The position numbers and the translations under genes are program-made. The notes below the pieces were generated by a model. That model saw nothing but the letters and a program-made list of their open reading frames with translations. It made no database searches and was not told the origin of the DNA. From contig NC_042997.1 in assembly GCF_006345805.1 (NCBI RefSeq), forward strand, positions 186,310,001-186,374,000: 64,000 nt of DNA. Direction: 5' to 3'. Numbering within the stretch: the first letter of the stretch is position 1; every line of letters begins with the position of its first letter. Source of the stretch: Octopus sinensis (Eukaryota). Below are positions 1 through 11,017 of the stretch, piece by piece.

Positions 1-305
1 CGCTAACGCCATCAATAATATCAACAGAGACACCATCAATTCCTGCACCAACACCGTTAAAATAATCAGCGACACCAGTAATCAGATAGATTTTCAAGCA
101 TTTTTGTTACCTATGCACTCCTTTTGATACCTATTTTACTCGGCTGAGCTCCCCACCCCACCCACCCAGCCAAACGTAATCGATGCTAAAAAACATTCGA
201 TTATTTTCCATTTTAAAATATTCCATTAAAATCTCATTTTAAAATATCCCATTAAAATCCAATTAAACATTATTAGGAACTGTACCAAAAAAAAAATGTT
301 AACTA

Positions 306-1530
306 TTGGGTCATCCCATAATTAATGCGGGTTTTTTTTCAATTGCACGAGCGGAGGAGAACGGGATAAACTACCTGCATCAACTTCCTATAAAAGCGGG
401 TAGTAATTTTACCTTGTACTTATTCATTGCGCAAGTTTTGAAGAGTGCCGTTCGATTTTAACAGTTATTTTTTTTCAAAGCTATAATGGAAGTGACAAAG
501 GAGCATATTCGGCATATTTTGCTTTATGAGTTCAATAAAGGTAACAACGCAACGGAAAGTGCGAGGAATATTAATGCAGTATATGGGGATCGGACAATAA
601 GTATAAGCCAGTATCAACGGTGGTTCCAGAAATTCCGAGCCGAAAACTACAGCCTAGAAGACGAGCCTCATCCTGGAAGATCTGTAGAATTTGATGAGGA
701 CGTCCTGTAAAACCTGTTGAGGAGCTAGCAGAGAAGCTTGGATTTGGTCATTCAACCATTCATCGACACCTGCATGCCATCGGAAAAGTCAGTAAATTGA
801 GTCAATGGTTTCCTCACAAATTTCCGTGTCTTATCGCGCGCTGAGAGTGAATGTGTGCTCTTCTTTGCATCACGTCTCACAATGAACCTTTTTTTGGACC
901 AAATAGTAACTAGTGAGTATGAGTTCTCTATAAAAATGTCAAGCACCAAAGACAATGACCAAGGAAAGGAGAAACACTAGCACACCAGACTAAAGAAGGT
1001 TTTCACCTACGTAAGATGTTATCTGTTTGGTGGGATATGAAAGGTTTAATCCACTTTGAACTTTTAAACCCAAACCAAACTATAACAAAGGAGATCTACT
1101 GTAAACAGCTTAAGTCAGCGCTAGATGAAAAGCGACCATCTTTGATTTCAAGACGAAAGGTGCTCTTCCATCAGGATAATGCTCGGCCACATACTGCGAC
1201 GATCACATTCCAAAGGCTGAAGCGGTTTGAATGGGAAACGATGTCCCACTCACCATATTAGCCGGACATTACCCCATCTGATTATCATTTATTCCGCAGT
1301 CTTCAAAATTATTTGGATGGAAAAAATATGAATTCTGTAGACGAAGTCAGAACAATAGTGGAGGAGTATTTTTCGTCACGGATAAGTGAATTTTGGAAGA
1401 GAGGCCTTGCAAGTCTAACAGATTGATGGCAGAGCATTGTAGAAAATGAAGGAAAGTATATTTTAGATTAAAAAACAACTTTGTTTATCTTAATTTTGAA
1501 AAATAAAACAATATTTATGGGATGACTCAA
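306..1530 (+). mobile_element. Full-length degenerate mariner (DD34D) transposon
   Basis: Terminal inverted repeats (TIRs) ttgggtcatcccataa (306) and ttatgggatgactcaa (ends 1530), both flanked by TA. Broken transposase at 486-1471 with HTH 'QRWFQKFR', 'MLSVWWD', 'HQDNARPH' and 'PDITPSDYHLF'. Confidence 0.93.
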
Positions 1531-1760
1531 TATTTTGTGCATTGTAGGTATAAAACCAATTTATTGATTGATTGATTCTAGTTTCAGCTCATGAGCTGTG
1601 GCCATGCTGGGGCACCGCCATTTTAACAAACAAAACTTTTTTATATGGATCCCCAAGTGTCATATTGACTCCGGTTGAGAACCACTGAGTTATACCTACA
1701 CCACCAATAGCTTCATCTACAAGAGAGCGGTATCAACATCACTTACGGTAGTTCTAATCT

Positions 1761-2093
1761 TGGCTCAGTGGTTAGAGCGTCCGGCTCACAATCATGAGAC
1801 AGTGAGTTCGATTTCCGGACCGGGTTGTGTGTGATATTCTTGAGCAAAGCACTTTTTTTCACTTTGATCCATTTCACTCAGCTGTACAAATGAGTTGCGA
1901 CGTCACAGGTGCCAAGCTGTTTTTGGTCTTTGCTTTTCCCTTGGATGTCATCGGTAGCGTGGAGCGGGGAGGCTGATATGCATAGACGACTGCTGGTCTT
2001 CCATAAACAACTTTTCCCGGACCTGTGCCTTGGAGGGGAACTTTCTAGGTGCAATCCCATGGTCTTTTGTGACCGAAGGGGACTTTACCCAAC
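1761..2093 (+). mobile_element. tRNA-derived SINE (family C)
   Basis: Box A tggctcagtgg, box B gagttcgattt, then a CORE-like ttcttgagcaaagcactt. Related heads occur at 25368 and 51850. Confidence 0.7.
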
Positions 2094-2284
2094 CTTATGT
2101 ATAGCAATTGTTCTCTAAACAATTTAAGCATGATGTTTCTTCTATGGTCACTACCCGAATCTAAAGGCCTTCAAATAATAAACTGGTTAGTAGGAAGACT
2201 ATAAAATATTCAGACTTGTGTCCTCCAATGGCACACGTTTCATCACTGCTTGTATGAATGTGCAGTTTGTTATTCGGTTCGGCC

Positions 2285-2606
2285 CTTGGTTTTCAATCGG
2301 GATCCATATGGCCCCTGAGAGTCCATATAAGATTTTGGAGATCCACGCAATAAAATCGTAAATTGGAGATTCACAATAAAATTTTAAGGGACCCTGAAAA
2401 AATTGTTATGTATTACAAAAAGACAGTAAGGTTTCGTTCTTTACATAGTTCAACATACACTAGTTAATATCTAGAAAAACAAAATAAGAATTTTGAAAGA
2501 AGTACCTATAAAACTAGCTTTTAAACAACGAATGGCGATGGAGGTCCACCAGAATAAAATAGTATTCAAATGGGCCCATAGATTAAAAAATGGTTGAGGA
2601 CCCCTG
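2285..2606. mobile_element. Probable hAT-type MITE
   Basis: Imperfect terminal inverted ends (tggttttcaatc / ggttgaggacccctg). Similar termini occur at ~1672-1687 and ~61193. No ORF. Confidence 0.4.
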
Positions 2607-2699
2607 TGTTGCAAAAAAGCCATTATCCCGTATCCTCGTACTTCGTATTATTTGTTGTTTATAGTTTGTGACGTCCTCTGCCTACATATGCATATGTAT

Positions 2700-2808
2700 A
2701 TATGTATATACGTAAACATGTCAGTATGTACGTACACGTATGTATATATGAATTTATAATGTATATATATATATATATATATATATAATAGATATATATA
2801 ATATATAG

Positions 2809-2842
<34 letters not shown>

Positions 2843-2949
2843 ATATGCTATATATATATATAGTATATACATACAATATATATATGTATATATTTATATA
2901 TAATATATATTTATATGAATATATACATATATATATATATATATGTATG

Positions 2950-2990
<41 letters not shown>
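2700..2990. repeat. (TA)n-rich microsatellite
   Basis: Direct reading. Forms the left boundary of the hammerhead array. Confidence 0.95.
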
Positions 2991-3150
2991 TAAATATTAG
3001 TTATCGCCATACTAATATGGCATTTCTATAAAAATAAGAAAAAAGCTGACCGCTTATTAGCTCCATGAGGCCATCGCCTTAAGTTAGCTATTTGATACAC
3101 AATCTGTTCCATATAACCTTTGACAAGGGAGTCAGTCCGCTCCACACTAC

Positions 3151-3209
3151 TTGGCCGGCAGCTACAGACGCGTTTCGGGGTATTGCCCCTTTTCATGCAG
3201 CGTAGCCAA
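3151..3209 (-). ncRNA. Type I hammerhead ribozyme motif, copy 1 (1-nt deletion at the core start)
   Basis: Reverse strand reads gctgca-tgaaaa-gggg-caata-cccc-gaaa-cgcg-tc-tgtagc. Confidence 0.65.
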
Positions 3210-3505
3210 ACCAGTAGGTGTCGCTTCCGACAATCTCTGTTCAAAGGTTTTATTTACCTAGCTTCGGTGGAATACATCCACTTGTTTTCAATAATTAAAT
3301 ATTAAAATTACTAAGTCTCTCTAAGAGACAACGGCAGCGTTCCCGGAAATATTAGTTATCGCCATACTAATATGGCATTCTTATAAAAATAAGAAAAAAG
3401 CTGACCGCTTATTAGCTCCATGGGCCATCGCCTTAAGTTAGCTATTTGATACACAATCTGTATCCATATACCTTTGAACAAGGGAGGTCAGTCGCTCCAC
3501 ACTAC

Positions 3506-3565
3506 TTGGCCGGCAGCTACAGCGCTTTTTTCGGGTATTGCCCCTTTTCAATGCAGCGTAGCCAA
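3506..3565 (-). ncRNA. Hammerhead motif, copy 2 (GAAA/stem III region corrupted)
   Basis: Reverse strand reads gctgca-ttgaaaa-gggg-caata-ccc-gaaaaaagcgc-tgtagc. Confidence 0.45.
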
Positions 3566-3629
3566 ACCGTGGTGGTCGCTTCCGACAATCTCTGTTCAAA
3601 GGTTTTATTTACCTAGCTTCGTGGAATAC

Positions 3630-4101
3630 TTTTAGAGAGACTTAGTAATTTTAATATTTCTATTATTGAAAACAAGTGGATGTATTCCACCGACTAGGTA
3701 AATAAACCTTTGAACAGAATTGTCGGAAGCGACACCTACTGGTTTGGCTACGCTGCATTGAAAAGGTGCAATACCCCGAAACGCGTCTGTAGCGCCGGCC
3801 AAGTAGTGTGGAGCGACTGACCTCCCTGTTCAAAGGTATTATGGATACAGTTGTGTATCAAATAGCTAACTTAAGGCGATGGCCTCATGGAGCTAATAAG
3901 CGGTCAGCTTTTTTCTTATTTTTATAAGAATGCCATATTAGTATGGCGATAACTAATATTTTCCGGGAACGCTGCCGTTGTTCTCTTTTAGAGAGACTTA
4001 GTAATTTTAATATTTCTATTATTGAAAACAAGTGGATGTATTCCACCGAAGCTAGGTAAATAAAACCTTTGAACAGAGATTGTCGGAAGCGACACCTACT
4101 G
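3630..4101 (+). repeat. Hammerhead-bearing tandem repeat, forward arm (1 unit plus the start of the unit interrupted by the LINE)
   Basis: ttttagagagacttagtaa recurs at 3630 and 3986 (period 356). The interrupted unit resumes at 9454. Confidence 0.92.
3744..3802 (+). ncRNA. Type I hammerhead ribozyme motif, copy 3
   Basis: gctgca-ttgaaaa-ggtg-caata-cccc-gaaa-cgcg-tc-tgtagc, with one stem II mismatch. Predicted cleavage after C3787. Confidence 0.7.
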
Positions 4102-4315
4102 ATTTTTCCTTGGATTACGTCGGATTATTTTACGCTGTAAGCTGTTATGTTAGTTCGTTCTGTTCTGGATTTAACGTACAATTTTTGGAGTATTAACTTG
4201 TGGAACAAATTATTTTCGCCCTTCGGGGTAGAAAATTTCTTTTTATATATGAACTTTAATTCAGTGTGGATTTAATTTTTATCTTGTCTCTTGTGACAAG
4301 TCACTTGCATTTTAT

Positions 4316-5797
4316 ATGGATCTTGACTTAACGTCAAATTCTGATTTTCCCGAGATGGGAGAAGTTATAAAGCAAAAGGATACAAAGGAGAAACAAAGTT
4401 TTTCGGAAGCCGTTGGAGGCAATGTTATAGAACTGGAAGTAACAATGGAGGATCTCTTCAAGTTCAGAAAGTTCATACAAAGGAATGGAGAAGAAACGAG
4501 AATAATACCGCCCCCTGACACCTTACAAGCAATCCGTGAGAAGACGGTAATTTATAAGGTATATAATATTAAGGAAAAAAAGATGCAGATGTAAGAAATG
4601 AATTGGTAGAACGGTGCATGGCACCAATTTGGAACAAGGTTCGCTATGTTGGCCGAGGAGTGAGAAGCGCTACTATTGAAGCGCATTTCGAGTCGGCTAG
4701 CATAGCGAAGGAAATTTCAACTCAAACGTTGAAGAGTGCAGACATCCTGTTGCTGCCCACGTACTTAGGGCGCAGAACAGCTAAGATAACAATAGAGGAT
4801 ATACCAACAGGTTACGATGTAATGTGGGCAGCAACAGCGGTCGTATTCGACGTAGAAGAGAAATTAAACATTTTAAACATGAGGATGAAAGAGGCAAAAT
4901 TTGGAAAGGTCAGCAGCTTGAAATGATCGTTCAAGCTGACAATGCAACGCTGGAGAGTTTGCCAGACAGGGTCTTCGTGGGGGATGGACACACTGCGCGG
5001 GTATCGGTGGAGGGACGTAGGCCCAGATGTTTCAAATGTGGGCAGAAGGGTCACGTCCGCTCAGAGTGCAAAAAGAAAAACCCGTTAATGCCCCCATTCA
5101 AACCGCTGTGGAGAACAAAGCAGACATCACAGCAACAACAAAAGAGAATACCCGGAAAAAGCAAAATGAAAGTCAAAAGGAGGAAAGAAAATGAATGGAA
5201 AACAAAGCGAAAACGAAAACGAGGTGGAAAATATTTTATCAAATGGAAAAGAACTGGAAGTAATGGAATATACGACTGTAACCAACAAAAGGAAGAAATC
5301 CAATACCCCGGACTCCCCACCCCAAACAAAAAGAAAAACAAACGCAGAAGACAACACAAAAAAATTATCCAATCCCACCCCGCTGGCACTACTTTTGTAG
5401 GCCAGCATTTCATTAAACCCCAGCCCCCAACTTTAAAAGGATTCAAAAAAACCGATAGGTGCATTGCTTATAACACAAAAAACGAGAGAGTAGTTGGTAC
5501 ATAAAGGCGAAACCAAACATAAAATGTTTCAGATCATCGGAAAAAAACCCGGATTGGAGGTATGCGAAGGTCGGAGAGGAGGAATGGAAGGAGAGACTCT
5601 TCCAACTACACGTGAGGGACAACCTGATTAAAGATGTCACACAAGAGGTGATAGCTGGAAAATTGAATATTAGCCCGGCAGCCACTCCATCCCAGAGCCC
5701 GGTGGCAACGCCGGTTAAATGCCCAGCAACAACGGAGAGTGTGGGGGAGGCAGGCAGACAAAAAGCTGCCATGCTCCCTCTCACAACACGTAAGTAA
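4316..5797 (+). CDS. Tx1 ORF1, gag-like zinc-knuckle protein (frameshifted in this sequence)
   Basis: Joins ORF-track pieces 4316, 4603, 4824, 5191 and 5612. Motif CFKCGQKGHVRSEC (CX2CX4HX4C). Several shifts lie in or near A-homopolymers. Confidence 0.8.
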
Positions 5798-5817
5798 CAA
5801 ACTTTCTTCATTCATCG

Positions 5818-8800
5818 ATGATTAAGTTTGGCTGTATAAATGTGCGTGGAATGGGGGTCGAAATGGAAACAGGCTTGCTTGCTGGACGACCTCAGGACAC
5901 ACAGAATAGATGTAGCCATTGTCACCGAGTCCAAGATGAGAGGAACCCAAGCGTTCTCGCATCTTCTCAATGGTTACGAGAAATTTATTTCTCCTAGCCG
6001 AGGAGGAAGTGCAGGCGTGGCAGTCCTTATCAGGAAGAACTTGGACTTACAGGTAAGTACTGTCTTTATGGACCCAGAAGGTAGGCTGGTTGTCCTCGAT
6101 GTAACTCACGTAAGTAAGCAGTCCTTCAGGTTGGTAGCTGTTTATGCTCCTAATGAGGGTAGGCAGACTGGTTTTTATCGGAACTTGGAGCACTTTCTAG
6201 TGACGTCTAAAACGGTAGTATTGGTAGGGGATTTCAACACTATCATCGATGCGCGGATAGATAGTGTGGGCTCGTCTGATAGAAGGGGGAATCCTTGCCT
6301 TAAGGGTCTACTGACGAGCTTTAATCTAGTAGATCGGTTTCGAATGGATGAGCCGAGCATTCCACAGTGGACGTGGAGTAACAATGACGGCTCACGCAGA
6401 TCGTATATAGATAGGGTATTTGTTAAAGAACGAGATAGGAATAGCATTAGCTGTCCACAATTTTGTATTGTGCCTTACACGGATCACAAATTAGTGACGT
6501 GTGAGGTACATGTAGATAAATGCCATAGACAGGGACCCGGATACTGGAAAATGAACAAGTCTATTTTGGCTTGTGAAGCTTTCCGTAACCGGATATGGAA
6601 TTAGTCCAGAGGGCATTATGTGGAACCATCATTAATAATAGATGGTGGATCGCCCTCAAAAGAGCCATCCGTTTGGAGTCCATTAGATTTAGCAACCAGC
6701 TAAGTTTAGATAGGACTAGAATAGAGGGCGATTTAGTTAAGAACTTAGACGAGGCAATGGGATCTGGCTGTGCATCTAGAGTGTTAGCAGAGAGAACGAT
6801 CTTGTACCGTCACCTCAATGCCAAGCATGAAGGATGTAGAGTCAGAGCTAAGCTACGTGCAGTGAAACGAGAAGGTATTAATGTTGCCGGATGGGCACGT
6901 CGTGTGGAGAGTCAGAAGGGCAAAAAGTCCTCTATTAAGTCTTTAACTGACGAACAGGGACGCAAAATCTATGGACAGGAGGAGATACAGAAGGTCTTTC
7001 AACAGCATTTCGCTCGGTTGTTTGGGGAGGGCGATCCACTCGAGCGAGGGGAGGACTTACAGAACTTCCTAGCTGGTGGGCCTCGGCTCTCGCCAAGCAG
7101 AGCGGAACGCTGTGAAGGACCGATTACTCCCGCGGAGGTAAGAGGGGTTTTGGCTGAATGCGCCCGGGAAAAGTCGCCGGGACTGGATGGTCTGCCCTAT
7201 GAGTTTTATTGTTGTATGCCGGACTTGTTCGGGGACATACTGGCAAGCGTCTACGCAAACTGGCAACAGAATGGGAGGATTCCCAGTTCTGTGAGCCGGG
7301 GAGTTGTGACGCTGATCCAGAAAGACCCGAGCAAGGGGGATAATATTAGTAATTATAGGCCCATAACTCTACTTAATGTAGAGTTAAAGATTTTGGCCAA
7401 GGTGTTAGCAGAAAGGTTGAAGGTCGTCATGGAAAAACTTGTCGGAAAGGCACAGACATGTGCAATCCCAGGCAGGTCGATCGAAGATAATCTTCACCTT
7501 CTACCTACGCTACACTATAGACAGGGTTGGGCAATTAGCCGGCAAAGGAGGGGCATTGGTCCATTTAGACCAAAGTAAAGCATTTGATAGGGTAGATCAT
7601 CAGTAACCTGGCGACGGTTCTCGAAGCGGCTGGGCTAGGTCCTGACTTTCGCGGGTGGATATCAGCTATGTACAGCGGTATCAAGTCCACAGTCCAGATA
7701 AACGGTTACTTAACGGAACCGTTTTCGATTAAGCGTTCAGTTCGTCAAGGATGTCCCTTGTCCCCTCTCCTGTACGTTTTGGCTCTTGAGCCATTGCTGC
7801 GGAAGTTGGAGACGGTGAGATGCAATCCTAATGAAATCGGATGCGGTAAGTCTGTTTCTGCGTATGCGGATGACGTCACCTTCATCGTGTCCAACGAAGC
7901 ACAACTAACTCGTGTAGAAGGTGCTCTCCGAAGATACGAAGCGGTGGCTGGGGCAAAAGTTAACAAGGACAAGTCCACTGGTTTGCGCCTCGGCACCTGG
8001 AGGAACAAGCCGATATCGTCCAGTGTTGTTGGACACTGGACAGATGGTCCTGTTAAATTGCTTGGAGTTTGGTTTGGTTCAGACTCCCAGACGGAGAAAA
8101 ATTGGAGCGAGGTAGTGACCAAGGTAGAAGCCATAGTTTGGGAGTGGTCCGGAAGGCATCTTTCCTTGAAAGGGAGGGCGGAGGTGGTACAGGTGTTTAT
8201 AGCATCTGTAATCACCTATCGCCTGACTGTCGTGCCTTGCCCCGATTTGTGGCTAAGCAAGTTGGATCGACTCCTTTTCCGCTTTTTGTGGAAGGGAGGA
8301 AAGCCACTTGTAAGGCGCTCCGTGTGTTGCCAGGAACCACTAAAGGGTGGGCTGGGGATGCCTTGGTTAATGATGCGCAGGCATGCGCTGAGACTGAGAC
8401 ATCTCTGGTTTCACCTGGAAGGTGATAAGGTGTGGAGTCCGCTGGCAGATAATTTCTTCCCGCAACCGGACTCTATGGAGAGATTTAAACCCGGTTTCAT
8501 TAAAAGACGGAATCTGACTTTATGGCAGAAAGAGTGCCGACAGGCACTCTGGCTGATCCACAAGATAGGCAAAGCCGGCTGCGGGAATACCACCTCGACA
8601 TTTTATAGAAGGATGGTAGAGGCAAAAAATGACGACGTCCTAAGAGGGTCTCTGGGGTTCGATGAGGATCAACTATCCGACCTGTTTAAGAAGACTTTCA
8701 AGCCGGGGTATTTGGACAATTACCAAAAATCCCTGACTTGGCAGTGCTATAGGAATGCTCTACCTGTTCGCGATAAGTTATATAGGCATGGAATGTCAGT

Positions 8801-9197
8801 GCCACCGACATGTCCAAGATGTGGGTTGGACGATGAAACCGTCCAGCACGCTTTTGTACATTGTCAGGAGCTGTCAGGCTTAATAAGTTACGTAGAACAC
8901 GTGTTGTCGCATCTGGGACGAGTACAGCTATCGGCTGGTTCTATAATAAAGATGATACCGCCAGCTGGACTCTCAAAGGAAGGTGAGGCTTGTTTTCACT
9001 GTACGGTGGCAGTACTGAAAGAGTGTGTGTGGAGAACTAGATTGGAAGGTTTGGTGTCAGGATCCTTTGTCTCTGGATATGGTATGTTAAAATACTTCAG
9101 ATACCATCTAAAGAGCAAGATGGATTTAGAGAAGAGGAACCTGACACAGAAAAAGTATGTGAATCGATGGAAGGATGTGATAAAAAGGTGGGTGTGA
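5818..9197 (+). CDS. Tx1 ORF2: AP endonuclease, reverse transcriptase and C-terminal CCHC zinc finger (few frameshifts)
   Basis: Start MIKFGCINVRG. APE motifs 'VYAPN', 'GDFN', 'SYIDR', 'TDH'. RT motifs 'KSPGLDGL', 'NYRPITLLN', 'RQGCPLSP', 'YADD'. C-terminal 'CPRCGLDDETVQHAFVHC'. Confidence 0.92.
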
Positions 9198-9453
9198 GTA
9201 ACCCTGCTTGGTCATCATGAAGGGAGAAAATAGTCTCTGGGCTCTTAGGCTGTCGGGTAAGAATCCTGACTGTGATATACCTAGCTGGCCAAAATCATTT
9301 TTAATTTAAAAAAAAAAAGGAGAAAAGTAAAGTCTAGTATCATAATCAATACACATATGTAAATATCAAACGAACAACGTAAACTTTTTGTAATTATGTT
9401 TTGTATTGTAATGTACTATCTCTGTAAGATTTTATAATCATAATAAAGATTTA

Positions 9454-9753
9454 GGAAGCGACACCTACTGGTTTGGCTACGCTGCATTGAAAAGGGGCAA
9501 TACCCCGAAACGCGTCTGTAGCTGCCGGCCAAGTAGTGTGGAGCGACTGACCTCCCTTGTTCAAGGTTATATGGATACAGATTGTGTATCAAATAGCTAA
9601 CTTAAGGCGATGGCCTCATGGAGCTAATAAGCGGTCAGCTTTTTTCTTATTTTTATAAGAATGCCATATTAGTATGGCGATAACTATATTTTCCGGGAAC
9701 GCTGCCGTTGTTCTCTTTTAGAGAGACTTAGTAATTTTAATATTTCTATTATT
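9454..9753 (+). repeat. Remainder of the hammerhead repeat unit downstream of the LINE
   Basis: Continues the unit exactly from the TSD and ends in (TA)n at ~9754. Confidence 0.92.
9473..9532 (+). ncRNA. Intact minimal type I hammerhead ribozyme motif (U3:A8 core), copy 4
   Basis: Helix I gctgca(9481-86)/tgtagc(9517-22), extended by ttggct/ggccaa. Core ttgaaaa (9487-93). Helix II gggg/cccc with a caata loop. GAAA at 9507-10, palindromic cgcg in helix III, GUC cleavage after 9516. Confidence 0.82.
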
Positions 9754-9782
9754 ATATATTATATATTATATATATATATAGC

Positions 9783-9815
<33 letters not shown>

Positions 9816-10619
9816 CAAACTTCTTTCAGGTTTCCGTCAACCAAATCTACTCACGAATAGGCCTGGGCCGGTCCGAAGCTATGGTAGAAAAACACTTTCC
9901 CAAGGGCACGCAGTGGAACTGAACTCGAGGCCGGCACCATGTGGGTTGGGGAAAGCTGGCTTTGTTATGTGATACCATACATGGCTAAAAGACCACCACC
10001 ACCACCGCCACAACTTCCAACGACAACAACAAACACAACACTTTTTGGCAGCAGTTAACATCAGTAACAACAACGTTATGAACAGCAGCAGCAGCAGCGT
10101 TAATAATAACGGCAACAGCAGCAATAGCGGTAGCAGACGCAGGAACAGCAGCTACAACAGTAACAGCGACTGTAGCAGCAACGGAATCAATATTAAAAGC
10201 AACGGTTTGAAGTTGGTGTGTAACAGGAGCGTCAGAAAACAAAGAACATCAGGAATATTACAATGCTCGTATAGATTGGCGAAATAGAATCATACGAGTG
10301 CGCTAGCCGGAAGTGACTTATGGTCTTTGGTTGCGTCCCCTTGTATATCGACAGCAGCAGTAGCAGCACAGCAGCAGCAGTAACATCACCGCTAGCGTAA
10401 TTCTAGCGGCAGCAGCCGTAGTAGTAGTAGTAGGAGGAGGGGAGGCAGCAGCAGTGGAAAGAAGAGTGATGGTGCATGCAGGCGAATAGCTGCAGCATAG
10501 TTTAGCAGAGGTAGAGGTTGTTTGAACAATTAAGTAACAGTCTAGATGTAAGATGTATGCATGCGTGCGTTCATGTGCGTACGTGCATATGTATGTATGA
10601 CGTATGCACGTAGTCATGT

Positions 10620-10646
10620 GTGTATGCACATATGTATGTATGTACG

Positions 10647-10677
<31 letters not shown>

Positions 10678-10947
10678 GTAGGTAGGTAGGTAGGTATGTA
10701 GGTAGGCAGGTAGGCAGGTAGGTAGGAAGGTAGGTATGAATGTATGTATGCATGCATGTATGCATGTATTTATGCATGTATGAATTCCGGTATGTATGTA
10801 CGCATGTATATATATATATAGATACATGTTTGCGTTTGCGAATGGATGTATGCATGTATATATGTGTATATATATATATATGTGTGTGTGTATGTGCGTG
10901 TGTGAGTGTGTGTGTGTGTATGTGTGTGCGTGTGTGTGTGTGTGTGT

Positions 10948-10991
<44 letters not shown>

Positions 10992-11017
10992 AAATATAAA
11001 TGTGTGTGTGTGTGTGT
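10620..11017. repeat. Compound (TATG)n/(TAGG)n/(TG)n microsatellite
   Basis: Direct reading. Confidence 0.95.

Larger units (their letters stand above)
2992..3629 (-). repeat. Hammerhead-bearing ~357-bp tandem repeat, inverted arm (~1.8 units)
   Basis: aaatattagttatcgccatac recurs at 2992 and 3347. This arm is the reverse complement of the units at 3630-4101 and 9454-9753. Confidence 0.92.
4102..9453 (+). mobile_element. Near-full-length Tx1-clade (L1 superfamily) non-LTR retrotransposon
   Basis: 17-bp TSD ggaagcgacacctactg at 4085-4101 and 9454-9470. ORF1 has a CCHC knuckle and ORF2 has APE-RT-zinc finger. aataaa at 9442-9447, no poly(A) tail. Confidence 0.93.

Noticed and set aside
1761-1830. 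tRNA gene
   Set aside because: The A/B boxes continue into a CORE-like SINE body and the cloverleaf is not intact.
10270-10325. CCAAT plus ETS-type ccggaagtg as a host promoter
   Set aside because: Short motifs with no adjacent exon or ORF support.
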